A stretch of DNA of 64,000 nt from Octopus vulgaris (lineage: Eukaryota), in contig OX597834.1 of the NCBI GenBank assembly GCA_951406725.2, positions 46,252,001 to 46,316,000 on the forward strand. Reading direction: 5' to 3'. Made by a program: the position numbers and the translations under genes. Below the pieces are notes generated by a model. That model saw only the letters and a list, made by a program, of their open reading frames with translations. It was not told the DNA's origin and searched no databases. Positions 26,341-40,027 of the stretch are shown here, piece after piece. Each line of letters begins with the position of its first letter. Within the stretch, counting starts at the first letter, position 1.

Positions 26341-26906
26341 TACAATTACTGTTCAGGTAGACCTGCTGCAAAGACTCCCAATTTGAACTGAAGCTAAAAG
26401 TAAGGATGTTATACGGTTTATACCTATGCGGTTTATGGGTTCAGCAAGCTTGTGTATCTTAGAATGAAGGTGTAAAGTTGCAACCAACTGGTATCATGAT
26501 ATTTATATATTTAAATTCTAAGCTTGATTGATTGCAAGAATATGGATCATAAAGAAGAAATACTTGAGAAGATACTCCCTTACAGCTGTTTCGAGAACAG
26601 CTGTGCAGATGATGCATTTCCTGTAAACAAGCTTCATCTTACCTTTTAGCTGTAAGAGACTGTCTATACACTCTCTTACTTCTATATTGTACGTACTCTC
26701 CTGACTATGCAACAAGTGTATATTGATGTAATAATTACCCTGTGTAAGGATTTGACTCAGCTCCACATTACTTAAGGTTTCGTGGGTGTGTAGGAATCGT
26801 CATAGCATCAAATATATTTGCTGCGACAGATGTGCGCTATGCGCCCACTAATTCATATGCATTTAAGTCGAACTGTAATTGTAGATAGATAGATAGATAG
26901 ATAGAC

Positions 26907-26952
<46 letters not shown>

Positions 26953-27085
26953 GTAGATAGATAGATAGACAGACACACAGATAGACAGACAGACAGGTAG
27001 GTAGGTAGATAGACAGACAGGTGGGTAGGTAGGTAGGTAGGTAGGTAGGTAGGTAGGTAGGTAGGTAGGTAGGTAGGTAGGTAGG

Positions 27086-27145
<60 letters not shown>

Positions 27146-27152
27146 CAGGCAC

Positions 27153-27188
<36 letters not shown>

Positions 27189-27752
27189 GTAGGTAGGTAG
27201 GTAGGTAAGTAGACAGGTGGGTAGGTAGGTTGGTAGGTAGGTAGGTAGGTAGGTAGGTAGGTAGGTAGGTAGGTAGGTAGATAGATAGATACCTACCTAC
27301 ATACATAAACGCATACATACATACATACATACATACATACATACATACATACATAGACATACATGCATATATACATATATACACTTATACACATATATGA
27401 AACAGACAGTTTGATAGAGTTGACATTATTGCAAGGCTTAGATAAGTAATGGCTGCAATAAAACCGCCAGCAGCGTTTTTATCAAACAGAGCCTCAACCC
27501 AGTGACTGAAAGCAGCAAAGTAATATAGACGCGCACGCACACACGCACAAACACACACACACATATTTATAGTTATATACATATGTATGGTGGGGACGCG
27601 TATTATGTATGTATATACGACAGTAATAAGCAAGGCAGAGAATATCCTGAGGAGACATTCTACAAGATGTATTCAAATACGATTGTAGGCAAATCTCACT
27701 TAATTGAATTTTTTTCAACTCACTACCTTTCATACATGAGACCCTATGTTAC

Positions 27753-27867
<115 letters not shown>

Positions 27868-27960
27868 GAGAGAGAGAGAGATGGAGAGAGAGAGATAGAG
27901 AGATACAAAGATAGATTGACAGATAGATACATACATATATACATACATACATAATACGTA

Positions 27961-28570
27961 TACGAGGTCTGATCAATAAGTATCCGGACTTGCCATAGTA
28001 ACGAAGCTAAAGCACGCAGAGTAAAGCCGCCGGGCAGAGATTGACATTGAACTCTGCTGTGCATGAGCTCTAATATATAACGTTCTAGCCGACTTCCGCT
28101 ATTTACAGCAGCGCTTGGAAGGAACGTGTGTAGCGTGTGATCGTCGCATTGAACATGACAGAGGAAGTTTTCATGGCGATACCTGCTCAGGGGCATACAC
28201 AAGGTCGCATAAAGTGTAAGAAGTGGAGTGTATGAGCCGCACATAAGTATACGTGTGGTTCGGACCTTTCCAAGATGGCCGACAAAATGTCGATATTGAC
28301 GAACGTTCTGGGAAACCCGCAACCAGCAGAACTAGGAAAAACACTGCAGATGTGCTTGCAACTGTGAAGTGGAATCGTCAAATCACCATCCATCAGTTAT
28401 CAGATTATTTACGGTTTAGTTTAGTTTATTATCACTGAAGATTTGGGTCTGAGACGCCTGTCTACCAAGTTTGAGCCAGAACTGCTTTCAGCTGACCAAA
28501 AAGACACTCGGAATTCAGTAGCACAAAGTATCCTTGACTGTTTCGAGAACGATGTAAACTTTCTTAAAAC
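27961..28570 (+). mobile_element. Mariner-type DNA transposon, 5' fragment
   Basis: TA followed by TIR-like CGAGGTCTGATCAATAAGTATCCGGAC. Transposase remnants WFGPFQDGRQNVDIDERSGKP and LGLRRLSTKFEPELLSADQK (WVPHEL-like region). Confidence 0.85.
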
Positions 28571-29354
28571 TTTGCGTAGGCCCTTAGGCAGGTACTAGTT
28601 GCAAGATTCTCGCAACTGATGAATATAGATGATGCCGGTAGTACTTTCCAGCTGTTTCTAGGACAGTTGTATATTAGCAATAGTAGATGCAGATTTAAGA
28701 CGGCAAGATGACAAAGTATATACATATATTTACATATACACACACACACACACATATATATATACATACATATATGCATATATATATTGAGAAAGAGAGA
28801 GAGAGATAATATATAATATATATTTATTATATGTATGATATAATGTACATATACGATGTATATATATATATATGCATGCATTATGCGCGTATGTTGTGTC
28901 TGTGTGTGTCTGTATTTGTGTTGGTGTGTGTGTGTGTGTTTATGTTTTTGTGTGTGTGTGTTAGAAAACAAACCTTGTACCTAAGCAATATTTAACCAAA
29001 ATAAATAAATATTTCTTTAATCAAGCATATTTTATGAACATTGTAACAAGTATACAATCGGTCGTAAAGGTAATACCTAACGATAATATTTCTGGTCATA
29101 AAAAATGTTGATAGCAGTGATAATAATGAAGATTGCAGTCATAAATATAGATTGTGATAATAACATTAATCAATGACATCATGTGAATCTTGATAATTAA
29201 ATGTTGGTAACGATGTAAACGGTAATGAGAATAATGATGACGACGATGATGATACTGATGATGGTGATTGTCAGTGTGATGTCGACGATGCTTATATTAT
29301 TGAGCTCTTTTCAACTTCTGTTCTAAGAATAGTACCTTCATTCCAACATATACT

Positions 29355-29530
29355 GATTTCAAATTTTGGCACAAGGCCAGCAGTTTCGTGGGGTGGAGAT
29401 ACGTCGAACATATTGATCTCAGACTTCAAGTGGTTGTAAATTAATCGACCCCTCGACGGAACGTAAAGATGAACTAAATGCTGCTAAACATTTCTTCCCA
29501 GTGTTCTAACAATCATGCCAACGCACCGCT
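29355..29530 (-). mobile_element. SINE family S2, degraded, alternative 3' tail
   Basis: Similar to 36003-36220 (ttcaaattttggcacaaggccagca...atcgaccc). Confidence 0.6.
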
Positions 29531-30361
29531 CTCTTCATTCCCATAAATATTAACCGAATGCCATACCAAAAGGAAAACGGTTTCCACACACCCCAGAATT
29601 GTAAGTACTATTTGTCGAGAGTTTTTAATTCCCTAGTTTACAGAATTGTCCAATATTCCAAGAATACTGCCTTCAGTCCAGCAAAATATCTGGGCCAAAC
29701 ATGTGCCCTGCACTTTTTTTGGCTAAAGGAGATATTGGACAACTCTCAAGAAGATGAATAATGAACTAGAAACCTTTGTTTTTGACAGTTTTGCCTTACC
29801 TCCCGACAAGCTTGTCTTTTCCCGCAATAGCATGTAAATTTTAAAGAATTGTTGCATCTTGAGAGTGCTTCCCCTTGTCTAGTTGAGGTCTTAATTGTTA
29901 TTTGGTAAGTATAACATATCCCCTAGAGGCGGAGATGATAATAATAAATCACGAATTGATTTTGTATGGCGTTTGATATACCTGTATCTCTGTATGTAAT
30001 TGGAATACACGCCAATGGACACTTCGAGCTCAGTTTTACAAAATGAGTTCTACTCATTCTTGTATTAGTTTCTGTCCCTTGGCTACTCGAGATAAGATCG
30101 AACAATTGCGCCTAGAGTAGAAAACTATTAATCTCCCTTCTGAAGTGGAGCAGGTCTTAATTACTATTAGTGATAATTATGATACTTCTTCTAGGGATGA
30201 AGATAATTTGAAAAATAAAGAATTTATGTTGTGAGGTGCGGGATATAAATGATTGTCTATGATATGCAAATGTATGCAAATTACGGAAGTCGTACGTGTG
30301 TTCATCTTTTTTATCTATAAATTGAAGTCCTTTGGCCAAATGAAGATAAACGAACTGTTGC

Positions 30362-30400
30362 TGTGCTGATGATGGCTATTGAGCCAGAAACTTGTTTACA
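30362..30400 (+). ncRNA. Minimal type-I hammerhead ribozyme motif
   Basis: TGTG-CTGATGA-TGGCT attg AGCCA-GAAA-CTTG-TT-TACA. Canonical core, perfect 5-bp helix II, 4-bp helix I with one G.U pair. Confidence 0.7.
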
Positions 30401-30928
30401 CGACTATCCTCTAATCGCCCGACAACGAACAAGATATTTTCCTGAAAGGAATGTCAACTTTGGAAAATACTTGAATCTAAAAGGAATTCTCTCTTTCGAA
30501 AGTGAAGCCTGATTTTGACGATTATTTACTCGTTATGATGCATCCATTAAAAGGAGAGATACATTTAATAAATCAAGAAGATAACTATATTGTCAGATAT
30601 TTGAAACACTTGTATTTGTCTGTGTTGTTCATAAATCTGAATCGAAACTGAGTCTCTTGCACCGCAGCACAGACTAAACCATTTGTCATAATTAGTTATT
30701 CTTGCCTGTCTACAGAACATTCCATTTCAACTCTTTAACTAATATATTAAATTTGCAATATAAGTCTATGAAACCAATGCGACAATAGCTTTAAATATAA
30801 TTTATGATTCGTCAGCGAATGTCTTCTTTCGCTTTATGTTTCTTTTTACCACTTTTCTCTCTGTATTCCGCATCTTTTGCTTTCTTTGTATTTTTTGTAT
30901 TTTGTCTTAACATCAGTGATTATATATG

Positions 30929-31036
<108 letters not shown>

Positions 31037-31634
31037 TATAAATATATATAAGTGACTAAACGTATCATATGTATATATATATATATATATTTATAAATAT
31101 TTATGTTTGCGCATATAAACGCATTATGAATATAGTACACACAGTTACACACATGAGTGTGTGCATGTGTGTGTGCTTGTGGGTGTGCGTGTGTGTGGCT
31201 GTGTAAGTATGTATGTATGTACGTATACACAAATAAATGCGCATTGTACAGAATTATATTTTAGGCCACGCATTAATCATAAATATACCAAAGAGAATAT
31301 GTAAGTGTGTGTGTGAGTGTATGTATATATGTATGCATGTGTATATTATGTATGTATTTATGTATGTATATAACGCATATATATGTGCAGTATGCATGTA
31401 TACACGTACATGCTTACATGCACTATATATATATATATATATATTTATGTATTTATATACGTATATATATATATTTATATATATATATTTATATATACAC
31501 ACATATACATATGTTTATACATATTATATAGTTATACGTACATGTGTATACATATATGCAAATGTATACACTAATTTTTCTTTCCTTATTCTTTATTTCA
31601 TGTTTTACGTATACACGAATGTGTCCACATATAC

Positions 31635-31675
<41 letters not shown>

Positions 31676-32154
31676 TATATATATTCGTTCATACGTACAT
31701 AAATAATTTCTATATAGTATATCACATTCCCACTCTATTTTCTTTTTTTTTCAATATCCTGGCATTTCAATTGAATTGATGAATCTATATAGGATAAATA
31801 CAAGAAAATTACATTTATATGATAGAAATGCTTTTATTATATGCAATTTTACTCAACTTATAAAACGATTCCACTTTTTTCAAAGTCATTTTTCATTTTC
31901 AATAAAGAAAAAAAAATTCTTTTTTTTTTATCTATTTTTAGATATCGGTTTCTGTTTTCGAATTTCCTTTGCCAGCATTTTCGCGACCACAAATAGCAGT
32001 GAAACCTGTTTTTGTATGTGTGCACTCGTATGTGTGTCTGTGTGTGTGTGTGCATGCGTGTGTTTGTGCGCGCGCGTGTGCATGTGTGTGTGTGTGTGCA
32101 AGTAGGTATGTTGGCATATATGTATGGGTGGGTGCAAATACGTGAAATACAGGC

Positions 32155-32210
<56 letters not shown>

Positions 32211-32420
32211 ACACATTCTTACATACATGCTTCCGTATACATTGATATGTACGTATATATCTTCGTAAATATGTATGAATATATTGTTTGTGCGTGTATA
32301 TATGTATATATATGTATATATATATATATATATATGTAGAGAGAGAGAAAGCGACAGAGAGAGAAAGAGAGAGTGATGGAGAGTGAAACGGACGGACATA
32401 CATACTGTACAGTCAGATAT

Positions 32421-32481
<61 letters not shown>

Positions 32482-32884
32482 CATACACTTATACGTGTGC
32501 GTTGGTATGTGTGTGTATGTATAGTCAAGTTCCTTTGTTCAAATTTTTTTCTGTCTTTCAATACAATTTAATAAATACATCCCCTCCCACACTCTTCTCT
32601 TCCCTTTTCTTTTCATTTCTTCTTTGTATTTCCGCTTTTGTATCCGCATTAGATTCGAAACTGTACTCGCACCTACTTCATACATATATATACTGCTGTG
32701 TGTATGTCAGTAAATGAATATATCTGTCGTTTCTTTAGCGTATTCATCAAAAAATAATCACAGGTGAGCTTATGGTGTTACACACAAGCACAACAAACAA
32801 TAGTTTGATAAATTGTAACTTAATATTTAAGGATGCATTATTTAATACTAAAGTGTGTATATTTAAGTGTGGGTGGATAGATAG

Positions 32885-32979
<95 letters not shown>

Positions 32980-32981
<2 letters not shown>

Positions 32982-33501
32982 GTTTATTTATTGGCCACGC
33001 AGGGCTACACATAGATGAGACAAGTTACAAGGTAGAGCTTTTCTTTTGGGGGATGAAAAAAACAAAAAACAAAAAACAAAAGAAACAAAAAAAGTGGCGT
33101 AGGTTTTCGATCAAAAGGAATCGTAAAAGGGGAAAAAAGAACAAAAAATAAAAGAAAAAAAGAAAAAAAAAGAAAAAAAAGGAAATGGAACAAATGAAAA
33201 GAGAAATGAAAAAAGAAGAAAAAAGAGGAAAACAAGGGGAAGAGGAAAAAAACGATCAATAGGGATCGTGTATCACAGTGTTATGATGTATGGTGTAAAA
33301 GGGGAAGCAAGTAAGGTTTATCCGTGGGAAGAAAAGCCGACGAAAAAACCACGGTAACCTTGGTCAATATTGTTATATGTTACCACATTTGTTTGCAAGT
33401 GGGTAACCCTCTGTTTTCAATTTCTGGGTTCATAGGATTATGCTCAAGGTGGCTTCGTCATTCATACGTGCCATCCTTGCTACATTCACCCATCTTTTTT
33501 T
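32980..33501 (-). mobile_element. Tx1-clade LINE, 5'-truncated copy (last ORF2 codons + 3'UTR)
   Basis: Near-identical to 33509-34025; the 3' end ...GGCCAATAAA.AAACTT joins (CTAT)n. Confidence 0.9.
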
Positions 33502-33508
33502 TATAGAT

Positions 33509-34512
33509 AAGTTTCTTTATTGGCCACACAGGGCTGCACACAGATGGGACAAGTTACAAGGTAGAGCTTTTCTTTTGGGGGATGAAGAGAACAAAAAACA
33601 AAAGAAAAAAAAAGGGGGTGGCGTAGGTTTTCGATCAAGAGGGATCGTAAAAGGGGAGAAAAGAATAAAAAAAAATTGAATAAAATAAAAAGAATAAAAA
33701 GAAAAAAAAGAAAAGGAAAGAGAAATGAAAAAAGAAGAAAAAAGGGGAAAAAAAGGGGAAGAGGAAAAAAAAGAACGATCAATAGGGATCGTGTATCACA
33801 GTGTTATGATATATGGTGTAAAGGGGAAAGCAAGTAAGGTTTATCCGTGGGAAGAAAAGTCTACGAAAAAGACCACGGTAACCTTGGTCAATATTGTTAT
33901 ATGTTACCACATTTATTTGCAAGTGGGTAACCCTCTGTTTTCAATTTCTGGGTTCATAGGATTATGCTCAAGGTGGCTTCGTCATTCATACGTGCCATCC
34001 TTGCTACATTCACCCATCTTTTTTTAAAACATTCGCTAGACAAAACTTGCCTCTCTACTCTCACTTTCCTTTTCAAGTGGTACTTGAAGAAGTTGATGAG
34101 AGATTGACCAGAGAGGAAAGTGTTTGTCTCCAATCCTTTCAGACGCGTCCACCAGATACATTCTTTCGCCATAGCCACAAGGATGATGAAAATAGCTCTT
34201 CCTTCCCGTTTGAAGGAAGGAGGCGTGACAATATAGACGATAGACTCAGCTGATAAACCGACTCGTCCCACACGTGACAGCAGTTGTTCGACATAAGCCC
34301 ACAGGTCGGAAATTGTTGGACACTGCACGAGTGCGTGCAGAACGGTTTCGTCGCTCTGACCGCATCTCGGGCAGGTCGGCCCCGTGTTTCTCGAGCCGTG
34401 TCTGTAGAGCTTATCCCGAACGGGTAGCGCTTCTCGGTAGCACTGCCAGGCCAGGGATCTCTGGAAGTTGTCCATGGGCCCTGGCCCGAAAGTCGTCCTG
34501 AACAGGCGGGTC
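33509..34512 (-). mobile_element. Tx1-clade LINE, 5'-truncated copy (ORF2 C-terminus + T-rich 3'UTR)
   Basis: zf-RVT-type domain LAWQCYREALPVRDKL..CPRCGQSDETVLHALVQC..LW; stop at 33954; flanked by CTAT repeats. Confidence 0.92.
33954..34512 (-). pseudogene. ORF2 C-terminal zinc-binding domain (zf-RVT) fragment
   Basis: Open frame of about 185 aa with CX2CX8HX4C. The N-terminal part of the tracked ORF is microsatellite. Confidence 0.88.
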
Positions 34513-34761
34513 AGATAGATAGATCGATAGATAGATAGATAGGTAGGTAGGTAGGTAGGTAGGTAGGTAGGTAGGTAGGTAGGTAGGTAGGTAGGTAGGT
34601 AGGTAGGTAGGTAGGTAGGTAGGTAGGTAGGTAGGTAGATACATACATACATATGTTGATGGATGGATAGAGAGACTGTGAGAGAGGAAAGGATAGATAG
34701 ATAGATAGATACATACATACATACATACATAAGTAAATTGATGAATAGATAGTGAGAAAAG

Positions 34762-34819
<58 letters not shown>

Positions 34820-34896
34820 CAGACAGAAAGACAGATATTCAAACAGTTACCCAGATACATAAATACATAAAGAGACAAGAAGATAGACATACAGAC

Positions 34897-34931
<35 letters not shown>

Positions 34932-34961
34932 TAGACAGACGGACAGTTAGACAGACCGATG

Positions 34962-35038
<77 letters not shown>

Positions 35039-35111
35039 GTGCACACATACATACATGCATACATACATACATACATACATACATACATACATACATACAT
35101 ACATACATACA

Positions 35112-35145
<34 letters not shown>

Positions 35146-35799
35146 CACACATACATACATAAATAGAATTCAGAAAAGAAGTTGATAACGCAATTGTAAT
35201 CTTTAAGAATATTCCTTTACATGTACTTAAACGTTTTTTAAGACGACTCGATTTTCAAACGTAGTGTGAAATGGAAGCCCGTGCTCTATGTTCAAGAAAA
35301 TGTTGTTTGTGTTATTGTTATATTATGTTGCTGCTTAATCTGGCGTGGTGGGTTGCAGTTTAGTCTGGTGTTCGGCGGTGCGTAAACCACGTGTTCCTGT
35401 CAGCCTTGTGTTGTCTTTTTGTTTGATGCATTCTGGACAATGTTGCTGGTTGTGGTCTTGTCTAGTTGCATTATTTTGTCTGGTATGGTGTATTATTTTT
35501 TAGTCTGGCATAATTTATTAATATATTTGATTTGGAAGAAATATTTAATTTGTGCGTTAATGATTTAAATTTTTATGATATTTTTTCATATAAATTGTTA
35601 TATTTTGTGTAGGACCAGAAATAGCTTAAGAGGAAAATAATGACGTTGGAAGTTATAGACTAAAGTGAGCTTTATCTCTTAAAGCGATATTAATAACGGT
35701 TTGATTTTGAATTTTTTTTTTCTGGAGAGTTTTTCTTTAATTACAGTCTTAATTTTGTTTTAATTCAACTTATTGTGATTCGGATTTATAACCATATTG

Positions 35800-36220
35800 G
35801 TTTTAAATTGTGGTACAAGATCAGCAGATTGTGGAGAAGGAGTAAGTTAGTTGCATCAACCCTAGTACTTTATCGACTCCCGAAAGAATGAAAGTCGGCC
35901 ACGGCAGAATTTGAACGTGAAGACGAACAATATGCCGCTAAGCATTTCGCCCGGCATGCCAATGTTTCTGCCAGCTCACCGTCTTATAAAAAGAACATAT
36001 TGCTTTCAAATTTTAACACAAGGCCAGCAATTTCTGGTGAGGTGTGGGGTAAATCAATTACATCGACGTCAGTACACAACTGGCACTTATCTTATCGACC
36101 CCCGAAAGGAATGAAAGATAAAATTGAACTCGGTGGTTTTTGAAATCAGAACGTAAAGACGGACGGCATGCCGCTAAGCATTTTGCCCCGTGTGCTAACG
36201 ATTCTACCAGCTCATGGCCT
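35800..36220 (-). mobile_element. Two tandem SINE family S2 copies
   Basis: Two reverse-complement matches (about 35800-35982 and 36003-36220) to the head and core of 18129-18300, with a different tail. Confidence 0.8.
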
Positions 36221-37501
36221 TAAGATTTATAATTATATCGATAAGTATTTTCATAGGGGTTTTAGTGGTCATTCCAGTGTGTCTGATACGTGGTGGTCAC
36301 TTTAGTGCATTTGCATCAATCTGGTGTGTTCAGGTCTGATCTACTGTCTCGTGTTGTGTGTTGAGGCCAGATCAAGTATGTATGGTCAATTCTCTTTTAC
36401 AGTGAGGTGTTGTGTGATGTCGGAAGACCTGTTACGTTACGATAAAGTCTATTTTGAGATCTGGTGTCGTATATTTTGACCAGCTCTGTTGCGTTACAAA
36501 TTGGATATTGACTGTACTGGTCAGCAAAGGTCTTCAATATCTGGACTGGTCTTAATACAGATGGTTGTAGTCGAGCGCATCACCGTAGCAGAGAAGCAGA
36601 AATAAAAGTCAGACTTACTAGTAACAAAAATCCCCACAAACACAAACGAAAAGACAAAGCGAACTACCATTAGATGAAAGCTTCAAAGTGAAAAATCTAG
36701 AACTATCTTTATTATAATGGATTAAAGCTATAAAAAAACTATACTATGAAAATTCAATTTATCTTCAACATTATATATTTCATTTTATTATATTTTATTC
36801 AGTGTTATTTTATTACGTTCTAATATATCTGATTATATCTTATTATGCTTCCTGGTAATTTAGTTATTATTTCATAGTTTTTGAAAAATTATTTTTAAAT
36901 CATTCTATAATGGAAAAGACGTGGCTTTTGGTAATGAAGACGGCGGCGGTGGTGATAGTAGTAGTGGTGGTGGTGGTGGTGGTGGTGGTGGTAGGATTAT
37001 GGTGTTGGTTCTGGTAGTAGTGCTGATGGTCGGTCGTCTTTGTCGTCGTGGCCGTCGTAGTTGTTGTCTAGGTGATAGTTCTTGGATAAATGGTCGCAGC
37101 AGAGGGTGTAGTGGTCCTGATGATTGTAGTCACGTAGATGGTGCTGGTGGGGTTGGTGGTGGCGGTAGCTTAGAATGATGAAGATGAATTAATTTTTGAT
37201 GCGCATTCTATGTCTTCCACATTCAAGTATGTAACGCGAGTGTGTGTGCACGTGCACGTACGCGTGAGTTTGTGTACGTTTGTATTTTTGTGTATGTGTG
37301 TGGATGCACTGTGATGTACTAATATGGACAAGAAGGGAAGTTAAAGATATTCATAAATGGACACATTAATTTTAATATATTCATAAATATACTTTAAATA
37401 AATACAGACAGACAGACAAGCAGATTGCCAGATGAATAGATAAATACATAGATATTAATCTATATATTAATATAAATATACTTACACTCATAAACATATA
37501 A

Positions 37502-37535
<34 letters not shown>

Positions 37536-37698
37536 GGCCTGCTCGCTTAGCCAGCGAGGTGGCGTCATTTGAAGGCTAAAACAATGCGAAGCGCAATGTA
37601 ACCAGCGATGTGTAGCAACATCTGATAGCCTGGTCGGTCATGGTGATATATATATATAGTCTTATGTATACATATGACAGGTCGACAGACAGAATGGG

Positions 37699-37731
<33 letters not shown>

Positions 37732-37745
37732 CATACATACATACA

Positions 37746-37829
<84 letters not shown>

Positions 37830-38437
37830 TATAATAAGCATATATATTTAGTATATTATATACATTCACATATACCTATGTGTGTGAATGCGCGCGCGCG
37901 TGTGTGTCTGTATGTTTGTCTTTGTCTGTGTCATATCTGTGTTTGTCACTCCACGACCTCTCCTCTTGACAACCGTTGTTGGTGTGGTTACGTCCCTGTA
38001 TCTTAGCAATTCGGCGAAAGGGACCGATAGAATAAGTACCACTCTTAACAAATATGAAGCGGGGTCTATTTGTTTGACTGATTTTCTTGACTGCGGTACC
38101 ACAATCTGGCGATAGTCTAAAGACTGGGACCAGGAATAGTTAAAAGATGTGTGTGTGTATGTGTGTGTGTGTATGTATGTGTGTGTTTGTGTGTGATTGT
38201 GTGTGTGGCAGGAAGCTTGCTTCTCAACCACACGGTTTCGGGGTTCACTTCCACTGCGTGTCACCTTTTATATTTACATCCGTATCAATGTGATCAGCTA
38301 ATCCTACATATACACGTACACACATGCATATACACAATACGACATGGATTTCTGGGAAACCACTGAAAATATTGATTTATACGTCCGAAATCATATTTCT
38401 GTTATTAATCCAATTATGCTACGTAGAAATGTTTTGC

Positions 38438-38526
38438 AACTCTGAAGATGTAACAATGCATTTTGATTATGTAATTGACATTATGTTAGTAATAATCATT
38501 TCTTGTTAATGAAACGTGCGTAAGAT
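38438..38526 (+). ncRNA. Hammerhead-like motif with extended (62-nt) helix II
   Basis: AACT-CTGAAGA-[TAACAA..TGATTAT..TGACAT/ATGTTA..ATAATCA..TTGTTA]-GAAA-CGTGCG-TA-AGAT; partly decayed. Confidence 0.55.
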
Positions 38527-39015
38527 GGGGAATAAATATTTTATAGATAAGATCTCATATGTTTTATTTTCTACGGATATTCTGAAATCTTCAAATGTTG
38601 ATTCTTCCAGGGATCATAATAGGAATGGGAATGCATATAGAATTGTGAATATTGGATATTTGTCTTTTCAATTTAAATTTTAAATAGAACTACAGCAATT
38701 TGTTCTTTTCATTTTCCTATTATGGTAGCTGCCAACATACATCTTTGATATAAATATGGCGCTGTATGATAAACCCTCAAAATATAGTCATGTGGTTAAC
38801 AGGAGACATTTTGCAAAACTCTGAACAGTAATTTCACCCATGAAATAAACACATATACTCTAGTTTTGTACTGAGTGCAGTTTTATTCTACTTCAACCCA
38901 AACATACTCCTTTGCATAGAATTATATATATACACACATCTTCATATATGTATATATGTGTGTGTGTATGTATGTATGAATGTATATATGTAGATATATG
39001 TATGAACAATATGTA

Positions 39016-39061
<46 letters not shown>

Positions 39062-39064
<3 letters not shown>

Positions 39065-39254
39065 CGCCATGATAGATCACTAGCCACTACACATTCTTTA
39101 TTTTCTCTCCTTGTTTCTTTCTGTGTTCCTTTCTGTGGAAGAGCGTAGGCTCGAAACGTGAAAGACTTTTTCACTTCCCGAGCGTTAAACTAATACATCT
39201 ATTTGTTGTCTACACCACCTGTCTTCGTCTTTTGTTTTCTTTTTTGTGAATTCT

Positions 39255-39258
<4 letters not shown>
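39062..39258 (+). mobile_element. ~200-bp interspersed repeat family H carrying a hammerhead-like fold; ends in (TA)n
   Basis: Near-identical to 46972-47166; partial copies at 8167-8349 and 18450-18530 (minus strand). Confidence 0.85.
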
Positions 39259-39330
<72 letters not shown>

Positions 39331-39623
39331 GTGCGTGTGTGCTTATGTATGTATAGTATAGTATAACTATATGTATATATGTCCGCAAATACATATATAC
39401 CAAGTGACAGATTTCGTAGCACAAACAAACTGTAGTTCTAGATCAATAACTGAAATATATTAAAACAATTATATGTATTTTGTCTTCTTTTATATTTGAG
39501 GCCTCAGGGATCAAATAAGACGAAATTCATATGTTTATTTTAATATGTTGCAGTTATTGATTTGTGAGTGTACTTTCAATAACTCAATACAGCCTACATG
39601 TAAATGGTTCTGTACAAGTGTAA

Positions 39624-40027
39624 GAGTGGCTGTGTGGTAAGTAGCTTGCTTACCAACCACATGGTTCCTTGTTCAGTCCCACTGCAAATGTCTCCTACTA
39701 TAGCCTCGGGCCGACCAAAGCCTTGTGAGTGGATTTGGTAGACGGAAACTGAAAAGAAGCTCGTCGTATATATGTATATGTGCGCGTGTGTGTGTGAGTG
39801 TGTGTGTCTGTGTCTGTGTCTGTGTGTGTATGTATTTGTCCCCCAACATCACTTGACAGCCGATGCTGGTGTGTTTACGTCTCCGTAACTTAGTGGTTTG
39901 GCAAAAGGGAACGATAAAATAAGTACTAGGCTTACAAAGAATAAGTCCTGGGGTCAATTTGCTCGACTAAAGGAGGTGCCCCAGCATAGCCACAGTCAAA
40001 TGAATGAAACAAGTAACAGAGTAAAAG
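39624..40027 (+). mobile_element. tRNA-derived SINE family S1, near full length, with internal microsatellite
   Basis: A-box-like TGGCTGTGTGG, B-box-like GTTCAGTCC, central (TA)/(TG) tract, 3' end (GTAAAAGA)n. More than 10 full or partial copies in the window. Confidence 0.9.

Noticed and set aside
39624-39690. tRNA genes
   Set aside because: The A/B-box sequences belong to SINE heads and do not form complete cloverleaves.
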